DNA of 64,000 bases, taken from the NCBI GenBank assembly GCA_964398475.1, contig CAYNMP010000012.1, positions 22,540-86,539 of the forward strand, in the 5' to 3' direction. Under the pieces are notes generated by a model that saw nothing but the letters and a program-made list of their open reading frames with translations, ran no database searches and had not been told where the DNA came from. The position numbers were made by a program, and so were the translations under genes. Source of the DNA: an uncultured Chitinophagaceae bacterium. Lineage in GTDB: Bacteria; Bacteroidota; Bacteroidia; Chitinophagales; LD1. Within the stretch, counting starts at the first letter, position 1; each line of letters starts with the position of its first letter. This document shows, in pieces, positions 1 through 9,247 of the stretch.

Positions 1-356
1 AATTTGTACCAGATGCAAAAACTGAAGATTGGGTATTAGCAGATGCCGGTCAGCGGGTGCAAGTGATCAAAAGAGATGCCGAAGAAGGAGGGGTTTTAGA
101 GTTCGGAACAGAGATTGTTGCTTCAAAAGATGGTAGCATTGCTGCATTACTTGGCGCTTCACCAGGGGCATCAACCGCAGTAAGTATAATGTTGGATGTG
201 CTTTCGAAATGTTACCCAAAAGAAATGAAAAGTGCCGTTTGGCAAAACAAATTAAAGCAGATGATTCCGTCATATGGCAAACACTTATCGGAAGATAAAC
301 AATTGACAAAACAGATAAGAAATTGGTCGCATCAACTGCTCTCCTTAACTGATTAA
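1..356 (+). CDS. mqo: malate:quinone oxidoreductase, C-terminal fragment; the gene starts upstream of the window
   Basis: The frame is open from position 3. The C-terminal sequence ...[33 protein letters not shown]... is characteristic of Mqo proteins. Confidence 0.55.
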   Translation, partial: FVPDAKTEDWVLADAGQRVQVIKRDAEEGGVLEFGTEIVASKDGSIAALLGASPGASTAVSIMLDVLSKCYPKEMKSAVWQNKLKQMIPSYGKHLSEDKQLTKQIRNWSHQLLSLTD

Positions 357-363
357 CTTTTGT

Positions 364-2013
364 ATGAAATACATTTTTTATCATAATAAGAAACTCAACG
401 CAATTGCATTGTTGTTTCTTTTCCAAGTTCAACTCGTAGCGCAAAACGCAATGGATACGCTACCTTGGTATCACAGCACAAGTATATATCAAATCTATCC
501 TCGCTCTTACCAAGACAGTAATGGCGATGGCATTGGTGATATTCAAGGTATTATTAGCAGACTCGATTATATTCAACAGCTTGGCTTCAAAACCATTTGG
601 TGTTCTCCGTTTTATGCTAGTCCGCAAAAAGATTTTGGCTATGACATAGCCGATTACACGATGATTAGTCCGGAATATGGAACGTTAGCCGATGCAGAAC
701 AACTCATCAGCGAAACACATCAACGCGGAATGAAAATTGTTTTTGATATGGTTATGAATCACACTTCCGACCAAAACCAATGGTTTAAGGAATCTGCATC
801 GTCCAAAACAAATCCCAAAGCCGATTGGTATCTATGGACTGACAAACCCAATAATTGGAAAAGTGTAACAGGTGGAAAAGCTTGGCACTATGTTGCTTCG
901 CGCAACCAATATTATTATGCCGCCTTCTTGCCTTTCCAGCCCGATTTGAATTATCGAAATCCGGAAGTAAAAAAAGCCATGTTTGCTATTGTTCGCTTTT
1001 GGCTCAAACGAGGCGTTGATGGATTTCGCTTAGATATGTTTGATGCACTGTATGAAGATGAACAACTTCGGAATAACACACCCTCAAACAAGCGAACAAT
1101 TTGCGATGAAGATAATTCTCGCTTTGCCAAAGAGCTCCGCGGAGTTTGTGAAGAATTTGGAGGACGAATGCTATTGGGTGAAATCTTTGGCTCACACCAA
1201 CATCAACGCGAATTCTTAGGCAAGGAAAAAAATGACGGAATCATGCTTTCCTTCAATTTCGAAATGTTACGCATGCGTTTTTCGCCACACTATTTTTCGA
1301 AATTAATCACAATACTAAACAACGACTTCCCTAAGCCATTCTCTCCGGTATTTACATTCAGTAATCACGACAGAAGAAGAAATTTAAGACGATTAAAAGG
1401 AGATGTAGAAAAATACAAGTTGGTACAATTCATCCAATTTACCACCCGCTCGGTGCCGTGTTTTTATTACGGAGAAGAAATTGGGATGCAGGGGGTGAAA
1501 CGCCCTTATAAATATGCACTCGATCCGTTAGGACAGAAATACAAACACGTTCCTCGATTTTTGTTTGACATGATAAACGAGAGTATAAATCGCGATGAAA
1601 TGCGAACCCCCATGCAGTGGGATACTACTATCAATGCAGGATTCACAAAAGGAGGCAGTACTTGGCTGCCTATCGAAAAAGAATTCAAACGAGTGAACGT
1701 ACAAGCGGCACTGCACGATTCTTCTTCGCTATATTACTCAACACAACAACTGCTTAGATTGCGTAATACATTACAACCTGTAAAAGAAGGGGTTTTAACT
1801 GTATTGCAAAAAAAGCCGTTACCTAAAGGGGTAATTGCCTACACCAGAAGCTTTGGAGAAGAAAAAGTAACAATCTACATCAACTTTTCGAAGCAGCAAA
1901 AAGTGATTTCCACTTCCAATACCACAACGAAAGTTTATTCGATAAAGGGAACTGATACCATTCAAAACAACCAAATTATTTTGAGTAGAAGAAGTGCCAT
2001 TTTGGTAAGATAA
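364..2013 (+). CDS. GH13 alpha-amylase family glycoside hydrolase (alpha-glucosidase / oligo-1,6-glucosidase-like), secreted
   Basis: GH13 region motifs are present: YQIYPRSYQDSNGDGIGD, GFKTIWCSPFY, GYDIADY, KIVFDMVMNHTSDQ and GFRLDM. The N-terminus is hydrophobic and resembles a signal peptide. Confidence 0.8.
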   Translation: MKYIFYHNKKLNAIALLFLFQVQLVAQNAMDTLPWYHSTSIYQIYPRSYQDSNGDGIGDIQGIISRLDYIQQLGFKTIWCSPFYASPQKDFGYDIADYTMISPEYGTLADAEQLISETHQRGMKIVFDMVMNHTSDQNQWFKESASSKTNPKADWYLWTDKPNNWKSVTGGKAWHYVASRNQYYYAAFLPFQPDLNYRNPEVKKAMFAIVRFWLKRGVDGFRLDMFDALYEDEQLRNNTPSNKRTICDEDNSRFAKELRGVCEEFGGRMLLGEIFGSHQHQREFLGKEKNDGIMLSFNFEMLRMRFSPHYFSKLITILNNDFPKPFSPVFTFSNHDRRRNLRRLKGDVEKYKLVQFIQFTTRSVPCFYYGEEIGMQGVKRPYKYALDPLGQKYKHVPRFLFDMINESINRDEMRTPMQWDTTINAGFTKGGSTWLPIEKEFKRVNVQAALHDSSSLYYSTQQLLRLRNTLQPVKEGVLTVLQKKPLPKGVIAYTRSFGEEKVTIYINFSKQQKVISTSNTTTKVYSIKGTDTIQNNQIILSRRSAILVR

Positions 2014-2037
2014 CACTACGTTCTGCCCGGAAATAAT

Positions 2038-3942
2038 TTAATGTTGGATAATTGGCAATTCAACAAACGAAGGATTTGCGTTACTACAACTCACTTGCAG
2101 GGTTGTGGGTTGATGCTCCGGAAAATCAAAATGGCCCTCATCGGCACCAGCAATAGATATGCGAAGTTTGTGGCCTTTCTTCATTAAATAAGCAATAGGC
2201 AATAAATCAAAATTTACATCCATAAATTGGAAAGGGATAATAGCTTGTTGGTCTTCGCTTTTGAACGAATGTTGCGGATACACCGTTTGATATACTGGCT
2301 TTTCCGCTATTTTTCTGAATTGCGGGTTAAACATACCTTCCGTGATATAGGTTACCGAACCATCGGGTGCAACATCTTCCAAATAACAAAACACTGCTCC
2401 ATCTGCTGAATCAAAAGCAATCGACATATTCACCACCGGATATCCGGAAATTTCGAAAGGAATCGTTGTTGGCTCGGCATCAAACGACAATAGCTTTTTG
2501 CATTCTTCTGCGCGATTAGCATAATTGGTAGGACCGTTCATCGACAATGGCGTTACACTATTCCAACGCGATGTATTCCCTGAAGTAGCTGTATAGTCTA
2601 TTGTATAGCTCAACTCACCCGTTTTTACTTTACTTGCTTCAAGTTGTAAATGTTTATCGCCCGAGAAAAAGTAATGTTGCATTTTCGCTTGTTCGCTTGG
2701 CCATTTATTACTTGTACTGAATGACTCCTCCCCTACTTTATAATAACTAAACACGGGCTCGTTTTGAATTCCATTATCGATTCCTTTCAAATGATAATCA
2801 AAGAAGCGCAACATTTCGGTATAAATTTCGAAATCAACTTGTTTCGCTGTAGCAAAAGGACTTACATTATTGCGGGCCCCATGATCCCAAGGCCCCACTA
2901 ACACCTTCACGGTATTGCTTGTATTCAGATATCCATCGAAACAAGACTTCGATAAAGCGCCATCGTACCACCCTCCTATTCGATAAATGGGTGTTTTCGA
3001 CTGTTGTATGGCATTACGGAAAGTATGCACGCTAAAACTCTCGCAACAGGCACCCAAACCTTCCAACGAATCGTTACGGCAAGCAACAAACTCCAAACTT
3101 CCGGAGACATTAAAATTATTTTGGTGAGTAGCAATGGCTTCCTTAAGCATAAGTCGTCTACGATCATGCTGTACAAAATGAATACCTTTTACCAAACGGG
3201 ATTTTTTTCCGAAAATATCGAAATCGTTATTATCCAGCGATTGTGTTGTTTGCCCCCACACCTCTACAAAAGGGCCCTGACAAACACCACCGGGAAAAAG
3301 TACTGTTCCATACAAATCAAAAATAGATGAACGCGGGATGCAAGCTTTTACATGCGGGTTTTGGTTAACGAGCAACATTTCGGCAGTTGTACCTAAGTAG
3401 GAAACACCAGTACTCCCAACATTTTTATCGCTCCATGCCTGCTTAACAATCCAATTCACTACATCATTACCATCGGCAATTTCTTCAGGGCTAAACTCCA
3501 TTTTTCGTTCCCCTTGCGATGCCCCTGTGCCGCGCACATCCACTACAACACAGGCATACCCGAAGGAAGTAAAGAATTCTATTTCCGATTCTTTAACCAC
3601 ACCAAATACGGGGTCTTTCACTAAACTCAACGGAAATTTAGCCCGTATTGATCGAACGTAGCGCGTCAAATAAAGTAGGGTGGGCACTTTCTTTCCTTTT
3701 TCCAATTTCTTAGGCAGATAAATATCGGCTGCCAACATCACGCTATCGCGCATGGGAATATACTTCGAAAAATAATCGTAGCCCTGATAGTCTTTAGTTG
3801 TATAGCCTTGGTATACGCCCAAACGACTTACTTTAGGCACATTCAACGGAGGCGATTTTTTGTGTGCTTGAAGCGTGTGGAATGCAAGAAACAAAAGCAT
3901 ACACAACACTGCATTCCTTCCAGAGGTAGAAATAGTTATCAT
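2038..3942 (-). CDS. CocE/NonD family hydrolase (S15 X-Pro dipeptidyl-peptidase-like)
   Basis: Contains the GVSYLG nucleophile-elbow motif with an alpha/beta-hydrolase fold. The start is placed at an internal ATG (3942, MITISTSGRNAVLCMLLFLAFHTLQA) because it yields a signal peptide. The ORF track extends to 4035. Confidence 0.7.
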   Translation of the reverse strand: MITISTSGRNAVLCMLLFLAFHTLQAHKKSPPLNVPKVSRLGVYQGYTTKDYQGYDYFSKYIPMRDSVMLAADIYLPKKLEKGKKVPTLLYLTRYVRSIRAKFPLSLVKDPVFGVVKESEIEFFTSFGYACVVVDVRGTGASQGERKMEFSPEEIADGNDVVNWIVKQAWSDKNVGSTGVSYLGTTAEMLLVNQNPHVKACIPRSSIFDLYGTVLFPGGVCQGPFVEVWGQTTQSLDNNDFDIFGKKSRLVKGIHFVQHDRRRLMLKEAIATHQNNFNVSGSLEFVACRNDSLEGLGACCESFSVHTFRNAIQQSKTPIYRIGGWYDGALSKSCFDGYLNTSNTVKVLVGPWDHGARNNVSPFATAKQVDFEIYTEMLRFFDYHLKGIDNGIQNEPVFSYYKVGEESFSTSNKWPSEQAKMQHYFFSGDKHLQLEASKVKTGELSYTIDYTATSGNTSRWNSVTPLSMNGPTNYANRAEECKKLLSFDAEPTTIPFEISGYPVVNMSIAFDSADGAVFCYLEDVAPDGSVTYITEGMFNPQFRKIAEKPVYQTVYPQHSFKSEDQQAIIPFQFMDVNFDLLPIAYLMKKGHKLRISIAGADEGHFDFPEHQPTTLQVSCSNANPSFVELPIIQH

Positions 3943-4085
3943 GGTTTTCGAAAATAGGTTGTGCAACATTACTTCTTCAAACCAAACCTGTATGTGTTTT
4001 TCAGTCATCGCAGGCATTTGATTGCCCAATGACAAAAGTGTTTACAAATTTTAAGATTTTTTAAGTGCTTCTTATTTGTGTAGAA

Positions 4086-5957
4086 CTAGTTCAGGATACG
4101 AAACGCTTGATTCTTCGCCCCTCCACCACCGGAGAATATTTTACGCAAATCGTTTTTCTCGTACTCGATTTTTTTCTCCACCACAATCATATTCTTTTGG
4201 TTTTTGGTGACCAAAATCGGAGGACCTGAAAGTTCCACTTCCTTGTTATTTCTGCGCACCAAAAACGTAACCTGCTTATTGTAATTTGTAGCACTGAATT
4301 TTTCCAGCAAACTATTGATATTCTCTTTTGTTACCTTCTTTTTATTAACCGCCAGTAAAACATCGCCTTCCCTAAAGCCTACTTGATCGATAGAAATATT
4401 CGCTAAGAAATATTCTTTAGTGGCTTTGGAATAACGATATACGGCACTTACATACATTTTAGAAGTATCGGTTTTCTGCGACTCGTATTTCCAACCTATG
4501 GAACTCAAATACTCGTTATAGTTGAGGCTGATGGTGTCGCGTACATATTTTTGCAAAAAGTCTTTAATTTCAGGATAAGAATATTTCGCTAGCTCATCCG
4601 TCATTTGTTCATCGCGCATCACATAGTTTTCGCGAGAAGCCGATTGCAAATCAATAAGCAACGATTTTAAACTCATTTTACCTTTGCTCAACTTCATTAA
4701 TTTCAAATCCATCATCATAGCAATGAGTGCCCCTTTAGTATAAAATGATTTATACATTTTCTCGTTACCCTCCAAATAGCAGGTTTTACTGGCATCTGAT
4801 AGGGCATAGTTTTCAGTGTAGTTTACCAAGTTGATTTTGTTGCGAATTTCGTTGATGAATTCCGTTTCAGTAATCAGCTCTTGTTGATATAACATTTGGA
4901 GCGATAGATATTCGGTAAAGCCTTCGTACATCCATAAATTTTCCGACTGACTTTTGGCTCTGAAATTGATTTTACTGGTTACATCGGTTTGCATTTTCAA
5001 CGGACCGAACAAATGCATTAATTCGTGTGCGCAAGTGTAAGACAAGTCGCGTTCAAACTTGTACATATTGTTGGTGATAGGAAAATAAAACACAGCCGAT
5101 TTGGAATGCTCCACTGCACCAAAAGCCTCTTCCGCCTTAAAGGGATCACTTTCCGGTAATACATAATTTAAAATGAAGGTGTATTGTTTTTCCGTAAACC
5201 CTTCACAGTATGCATTTGCAGATTCGCACACCGATTTCAATACTTTTTCGATAGTTAAAGATTGATTGTCTACTCCTTCCGTATAATAGCCGATTTTAAA
5301 TTTTGTTTTCCCGACAATAAAGGTGCGCTCTTTCTCTTTAGAATATAAAATCGGGTTATCGATGAGTTCTAAATATCCTTGCTCTGCTTCAGCAATATCT
5401 ATCGAATCGTTCATGGTAATATCTAATCCGGATATAGTATACAACTGATGCGGCTTCTTAATTTCAACATGAAAAGGAAAATCTTCAAAGCCTTGAATAT
5501 AGCCGGCTAAAGCATGAAAATTCAATAAAAATTGTGTGCCGGGTTTGAAGCTGGTACCAATTTGCGGAAGAATTAAATTGCCATTTTGAAAATGCCATGA
5601 ATCGTGTACGTCATATTCTATTCGGGCTAATTGTCCGTGAATGATAATTTCGTATTCATTCATCGAATAGGGTTCCACCGTTAATACTTCGTTGGCCGTG
5701 TTATAGGCTCGAATATTAGAAAACAGCTTACCCGTTTTTAATTCGGATATGGTTCCCGGAATATTAGAAGGAATAACAAATCGAACTTTTCTAAGCTCGA
5801 TAGGTGGCGTTCGCATAACAATATGAAGCGAATTGTTTTCGCATTCATTTAGATTTAAGTAGAGACTAAATGCATCTTTTGCAGCAAATATTGATGATTG
5901 GAATGAAAAGAGTACTACTAAGAAAAGAATATTTCGAATCAGATGCTGAGAAGGCAT
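4086..5957 (-). CDS. M61 family metallopeptidase with C-terminal PDZ domain, secreted
   Basis: HELMH (HEXXH) zinc motif and a PDZ-like C-terminus (GDVLLAVNKKKV). A signal peptide follows the internal Met at 5957. Confidence 0.65.
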   Translation of the reverse strand: MPSQHLIRNILFLVVLFSFQSSIFAAKDAFSLYLNLNECENNSLHIVMRTPPIELRKVRFVIPSNIPGTISELKTGKLFSNIRAYNTANEVLTVEPYSMNEYEIIIHGQLARIEYDVHDSWHFQNGNLILPQIGTSFKPGTQFLLNFHALAGYIQGFEDFPFHVEIKKPHQLYTISGLDITMNDSIDIAEAEQGYLELIDNPILYSKEKERTFIVGKTKFKIGYYTEGVDNQSLTIEKVLKSVCESANAYCEGFTEKQYTFILNYVLPESDPFKAEEAFGAVEHSKSAVFYFPITNNMYKFERDLSYTCAHELMHLFGPLKMQTDVTSKINFRAKSQSENLWMYEGFTEYLSLQMLYQQELITETEFINEIRNKINLVNYTENYALSDASKTCYLEGNEKMYKSFYTKGALIAMMMDLKLMKLSKGKMSLKSLLIDLQSASRENYVMRDEQMTDELAKYSYPEIKDFLQKYVRDTISLNYNEYLSSIGWKYESQKTDTSKMYVSAVYRYSKATKEYFLANISIDQVGFREGDVLLAVNKKKVTKENINSLLEKFSATNYNKQVTFLVRRNNKEVELSGPPILVTKNQKNMIVVEKKIEYEKNDLRKIFSGGGGAKNQAFRILN

Positions 5958-6101
5958 CAAAAAGAAATATTGAATTTGAATCAATACATTAATTTTACCA
6001 AAACGTTTTAAAAGAGGCATCAAACGAAATTAAGTGCAGATGAAATTAATGTTTTGTTTTTAAAAACGATTTTTTTTAGTTCGTATTGTATATAAATAGC
6101 T

Positions 6102-6830
6102 ATGGAAATTCCGTATTGGATGTCGAGAACCCAGTTAATGCTGGGCGATGAGGATTTAAAAAAACTAATCAACAGTAATGTTTTGGTAGTTGGATTAGGT
6201 GGTGTGGGTGGTATTTGTGCCGAAATGATTGCCCGAACCGGAGTTGGCCGTATGACGATAATTGATGGCGATGTGATAGAAGCGAGCAATAGAAATCGCC
6301 AAATTATAACCCTTGCAAGTGTAGACGGACAAAAGAAAACAGAGGTCATGCGACAGCGTTTGTTAGACATCAACCCGGAAATACAACTGCAAGTGATAGG
6401 CGAGTTTTTTGGAGAAAAGGAGTTTATTCATCTGTTTCACGACAATCAATACGATTTTGTGGTGGATTGTATTGATACACTTACACCGAAAGTTTCATTG
6501 ATACATTATTGCTACAACCATAAAATCAAGTTCATCAGTTCGATGGGGGCAGGAGGAAGATTAGACCCTTCAAAAGTTCAGGTAACCGATATTTCGAAGA
6601 CCTTTAATTGCAAATTGGCCTATAAAGTGCGAAAGCGTTTACATCAAAAAGGAGTTTACAGGGGTATTAAAGCCGTTTTTTCGGCTGAACAGCCCGACTA
6701 TAATAGAGTGCGCGAAGTGGATGGCGGCCCTAAAAAATCGGTAATTGGGACCATTTCCTATTTGCCGGCTATCTTTGGTTGTGTGCTTGCCAGTGAGGTG
6801 ATAAAAGGACTTCTAGGGTATAAAAATTAG
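6102..6830 (+). CDS. tcdA: tRNA threonylcarbamoyladenosine dehydratase (ThiF/MoeB/HesA family, TcdA-like)
   Basis: Rossmann motif VVGLGGVGG, IDGDVIEASNRNRQ, and the TcdA-specific N-terminus. Confidence 0.65.
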   Translation: MEIPYWMSRTQLMLGDEDLKKLINSNVLVVGLGGVGGICAEMIARTGVGRMTIIDGDVIEASNRNRQIITLASVDGQKKTEVMRQRLLDINPEIQLQVIGEFFGEKEFIHLFHDNQYDFVVDCIDTLTPKVSLIHYCYNHKIKFISSMGAGGRLDPSKVQVTDISKTFNCKLAYKVRKRLHQKGVYRGIKAVFSAEQPDYNRVREVDGGPKKSVIGTISYLPAIFGCVLASEVIKGLLGYKN

Positions 6831-6941
6831 AAATAGAAAGTAACTGCATATACCCGTTAGCGGCAAATCGTACATATTTTTTTATATAACATATACATTA
6901 TATTCATTTTTGGCTTACATTCACGAAAAATAAAAACACTT

Positions 6942-8351
6942 ATGAAATCCAAATTTCTATTTCTTTTCGTTCTAACTACCTCGATGATGAGCACTTTTGC
7001 TCAAACACAAATGCCTAATGCAGGTTTTGAAAACTGGACAGGTGGCAACCCAGATGGTTGGGGAAATTCTGATGCGATTATTAAAGGTATTTCTGGCTCA
7101 GATCCGGGTGGAGTAGAAAAAGAAACCAATGCCGGTGATATCTATGTTGGTACAGGTTCTTTACGTTGCAAAACAGATTCAGTAACTATTGCATTACTTG
7201 GGCAAACGGTTTTAGTACCTGGCGTTACGAGCTTAGGAACATTAACATTGAACTTTGCTACACAAAATTTAGATTTAAAAGGAATAGGATATACCGATCG
7301 CCCGGATTCTTTTTCATTCGCTTATAAATATACAAGCGGAACTGCAGCTCCTGATACTGGAGGCGCAATCGTTACATTAACTAAAGCTGTACCTGGACCT
7401 AATGGTCGTTTAGTTGTAGGGAATGCTCAACTTTCAGCAACACCACAAGGCAGTTATATTGTTTTGAAAGGAAAAATCAACTATCAATCTGCATTAGCAC
7501 CGGATACATTGTACATTCAATTACTGTCTAGTGCTAGCTTTGGAGGTGGCGTAAAAGGATCTACACTTTGGGCTGATGATTTGAAATTTTTAGGTTTAGA
7601 CACCGCATTTAAAGCGTATATCCGTCCGTCTAATTTATTTGGACCTCAATCGGTTTGCGCTGGTGATACTGTTCGTTTTGAAACAGATAACATTCCGGGT
7701 TATTCGTATCGTTGGTTAAACAACAATGCAGCTATTCCGGGTGCATCATTTGATAGATTCCCTGCTACAATTTCAGGTGCGTATAGTGTTGAGGTTACCA
7801 ATGGATCTCGTAAAGATACATCAGAGGTTGTAAACGTGATTGTAAATCCTCTTCCATCGGTTACATTAACCGGCAATCCGGATACATTGTGCAAGAATGC
7901 AGGAGCAATTAATTTAGGCGGTGGAGCACCTGCAGGTGGAACATTCTCGGGAACTGGTGTAACCGGTGGTTCATTCAATCCGGCTGCAGCAGGAACAGCA
8001 AATACAGTTATTACTTATGAGTATACAGATAATAATGGATGTACAGCTAGCGCGACAGAAACTATTGTTGTGAAAGTTTGCTCTTCTATTGATAAGATTT
8101 CTGAAGATATACTTTTCAATATGTATCCTAATCCTGCTAGTAGTGTATTGAACATTGAAACGGATCAACAATTGTTCGGAACAACTATTCAAATGTTAGA
8201 TATCACCGGAAAGGTTATCAGTACACAAGCAATAGAAAACAACAAAACTATGTTCAACGTAAGTAATTTCGCTAACGGAAATTATTTCTTCCGTGTAGTG
8301 AACAAACAAAATGAAACTTTAGTGAATGGTAAATTCGCTGTAACTAAATAA
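6942..8351 (+). CDS. T9SS-secreted protein with Ig/PKD-like domains and type-A C-terminal sorting domain
   Basis: Signal peptide and a Cys-containing Ig-like unit. The C-terminal sorting domain reads LFNMYPNPASSVLNIETDQ...GNYFFRVVNKQ. Confidence 0.75.
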   Translation: MKSKFLFLFVLTTSMMSTFAQTQMPNAGFENWTGGNPDGWGNSDAIIKGISGSDPGGVEKETNAGDIYVGTGSLRCKTDSVTIALLGQTVLVPGVTSLGTLTLNFATQNLDLKGIGYTDRPDSFSFAYKYTSGTAAPDTGGAIVTLTKAVPGPNGRLVVGNAQLSATPQGSYIVLKGKINYQSALAPDTLYIQLLSSASFGGGVKGSTLWADDLKFLGLDTAFKAYIRPSNLFGPQSVCAGDTVRFETDNIPGYSYRWLNNNAAIPGASFDRFPATISGAYSVEVTNGSRKDTSEVVNVIVNPLPSVTLTGNPDTLCKNAGAINLGGGAPAGGTFSGTGVTGGSFNPAAAGTANTVITYEYTDNNGCTASATETIVVKVCSSIDKISEDILFNMYPNPASSVLNIETDQQLFGTTIQMLDITGKVISTQAIENNKTMFNVSNFANGNYFFRVVNKQNETLVNGKFAVTK

Positions 8352-8373
8352 TCGTATCACTCGATACTTACAA

Positions 8374-8407
8374 AAAATCCTGTCAACATTATGGCAGGAT
8401 TTTTTGT
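8374..8407 (+). terminator. rho-independent terminator after the 6942-8351 gene
   Basis: Hairpin AATCCTG-N11-CAGGATT followed by TTTTTGTTT. Confidence 0.5.
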
Positions 8408-8490
8408 TTCCGGAATAACAAACTGAAATAATAATACGGTAGAACATTTCCGTTCTGTCTTCATTTTCATATCATTGTAACAACAGATAT

Positions 8491-9246
8491 ATGCGAGCAA
8501 TAATAATAGACGATGAAGTTTTAGCGCAAGAAACACTAAAGCAACTATTGGGCGAAGTTGCTCCAATGTTGGAGGTAGTAGATATTGCTTCAAACGTAGC
8601 AGAAGGCGTAAAATCGATTAACCGGTATAAACCCGACATCGTATTTTCGGATATCGACATGCCCGGCATAACCGGTTTGCAATTACTCGAGTTTTTTAAT
8701 GAAGAAGATATTCAATTCGAATTGATTTATGTTACGAGTTACTCGGAGTTTGCAGTTCGTGCTTTTCAGCTTTCGGCTATTGATTATTTGCTGAAACCGG
8801 TGGAGAAAGAACTGCTTGAAAAGGCGATAAAAAAGGTAGAGAAGAAATTGAATTTCGGACAGAGCGAGCGAAACTTAGCGCTTAAAGCATCGATTGCAAA
8901 CAATACTTTCGAAAAGATTGCATTACCACTTGCCGATGGTGTTGTGTTTGTGGAAATGAAAGACATATTGGTGATGAAAGCCGATAATGTATATACCGAA
9001 GTGGAATTGGCTAACGGCAAAAAAATTGTTGTTTCAAAGCCATTAAAATCTTTTGAAAAATTATTGACAGAACAAATGTCGTTCTTTAGAATACATCGCT
9101 CCTATTTGGTGAATTTGAAAGGCATAAAGCAGTTTATTAAATCGGATGGTGGTACCGCCATTATGGAAAACGAAACACAAGTACCTATTGCCCGCGACAG
9201 AAAAGAAAGCTTTGTGAAAGCATGGGAGAAAATTCGAGTGCGCTAA
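8491..9246 (+). CDS. two-component response regulator, REC + LytTR DNA-binding domain (LytR/AlgR family)
   Basis: The receiver domain has IIIDDE...DIVFSDIDMPGITG...YLLKP. The LytTR C-terminus has FFRIHRSYLVNL. Confidence 0.85.
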   Translation: MRAIIIDDEVLAQETLKQLLGEVAPMLEVVDIASNVAEGVKSINRYKPDIVFSDIDMPGITGLQLLEFFNEEDIQFELIYVTSYSEFAVRAFQLSAIDYLLKPVEKELLEKAIKKVEKKLNFGQSERNLALKASIANNTFEKIALPLADGVVFVEMKDILVMKADNVYTEVELANGKKIVVSKPLKSFEKLLTEQMSFFRIHRSYLVNLKGIKQFIKSDGGTAIMENETQVPIARDRKESFVKAWEKIRVR

Positions 9247-9247
9247 A

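Noticed and set aside
6831-6941. Single CATTCAC half-site (ttacattcacgaaaa) upstream of the 6942 T9SS gene, and overlapping ATTCACATTCAC upstream of 28979
   Set aside because: Only one half-site, or a wrong arrangement. There is no second repeat in a 21-bp register and no ATAGTAAAGCCG block. These two genes are probably not part of the direct-repeat regulon.
8357-8669. Small ORFs 8357-8593 and 8472-8669 overlapping the terminator and the response-regulator start
   Set aside because: They lie antisense to the regulator gene or in intergenic space and contain the terminator hairpin. They show no conservation features.
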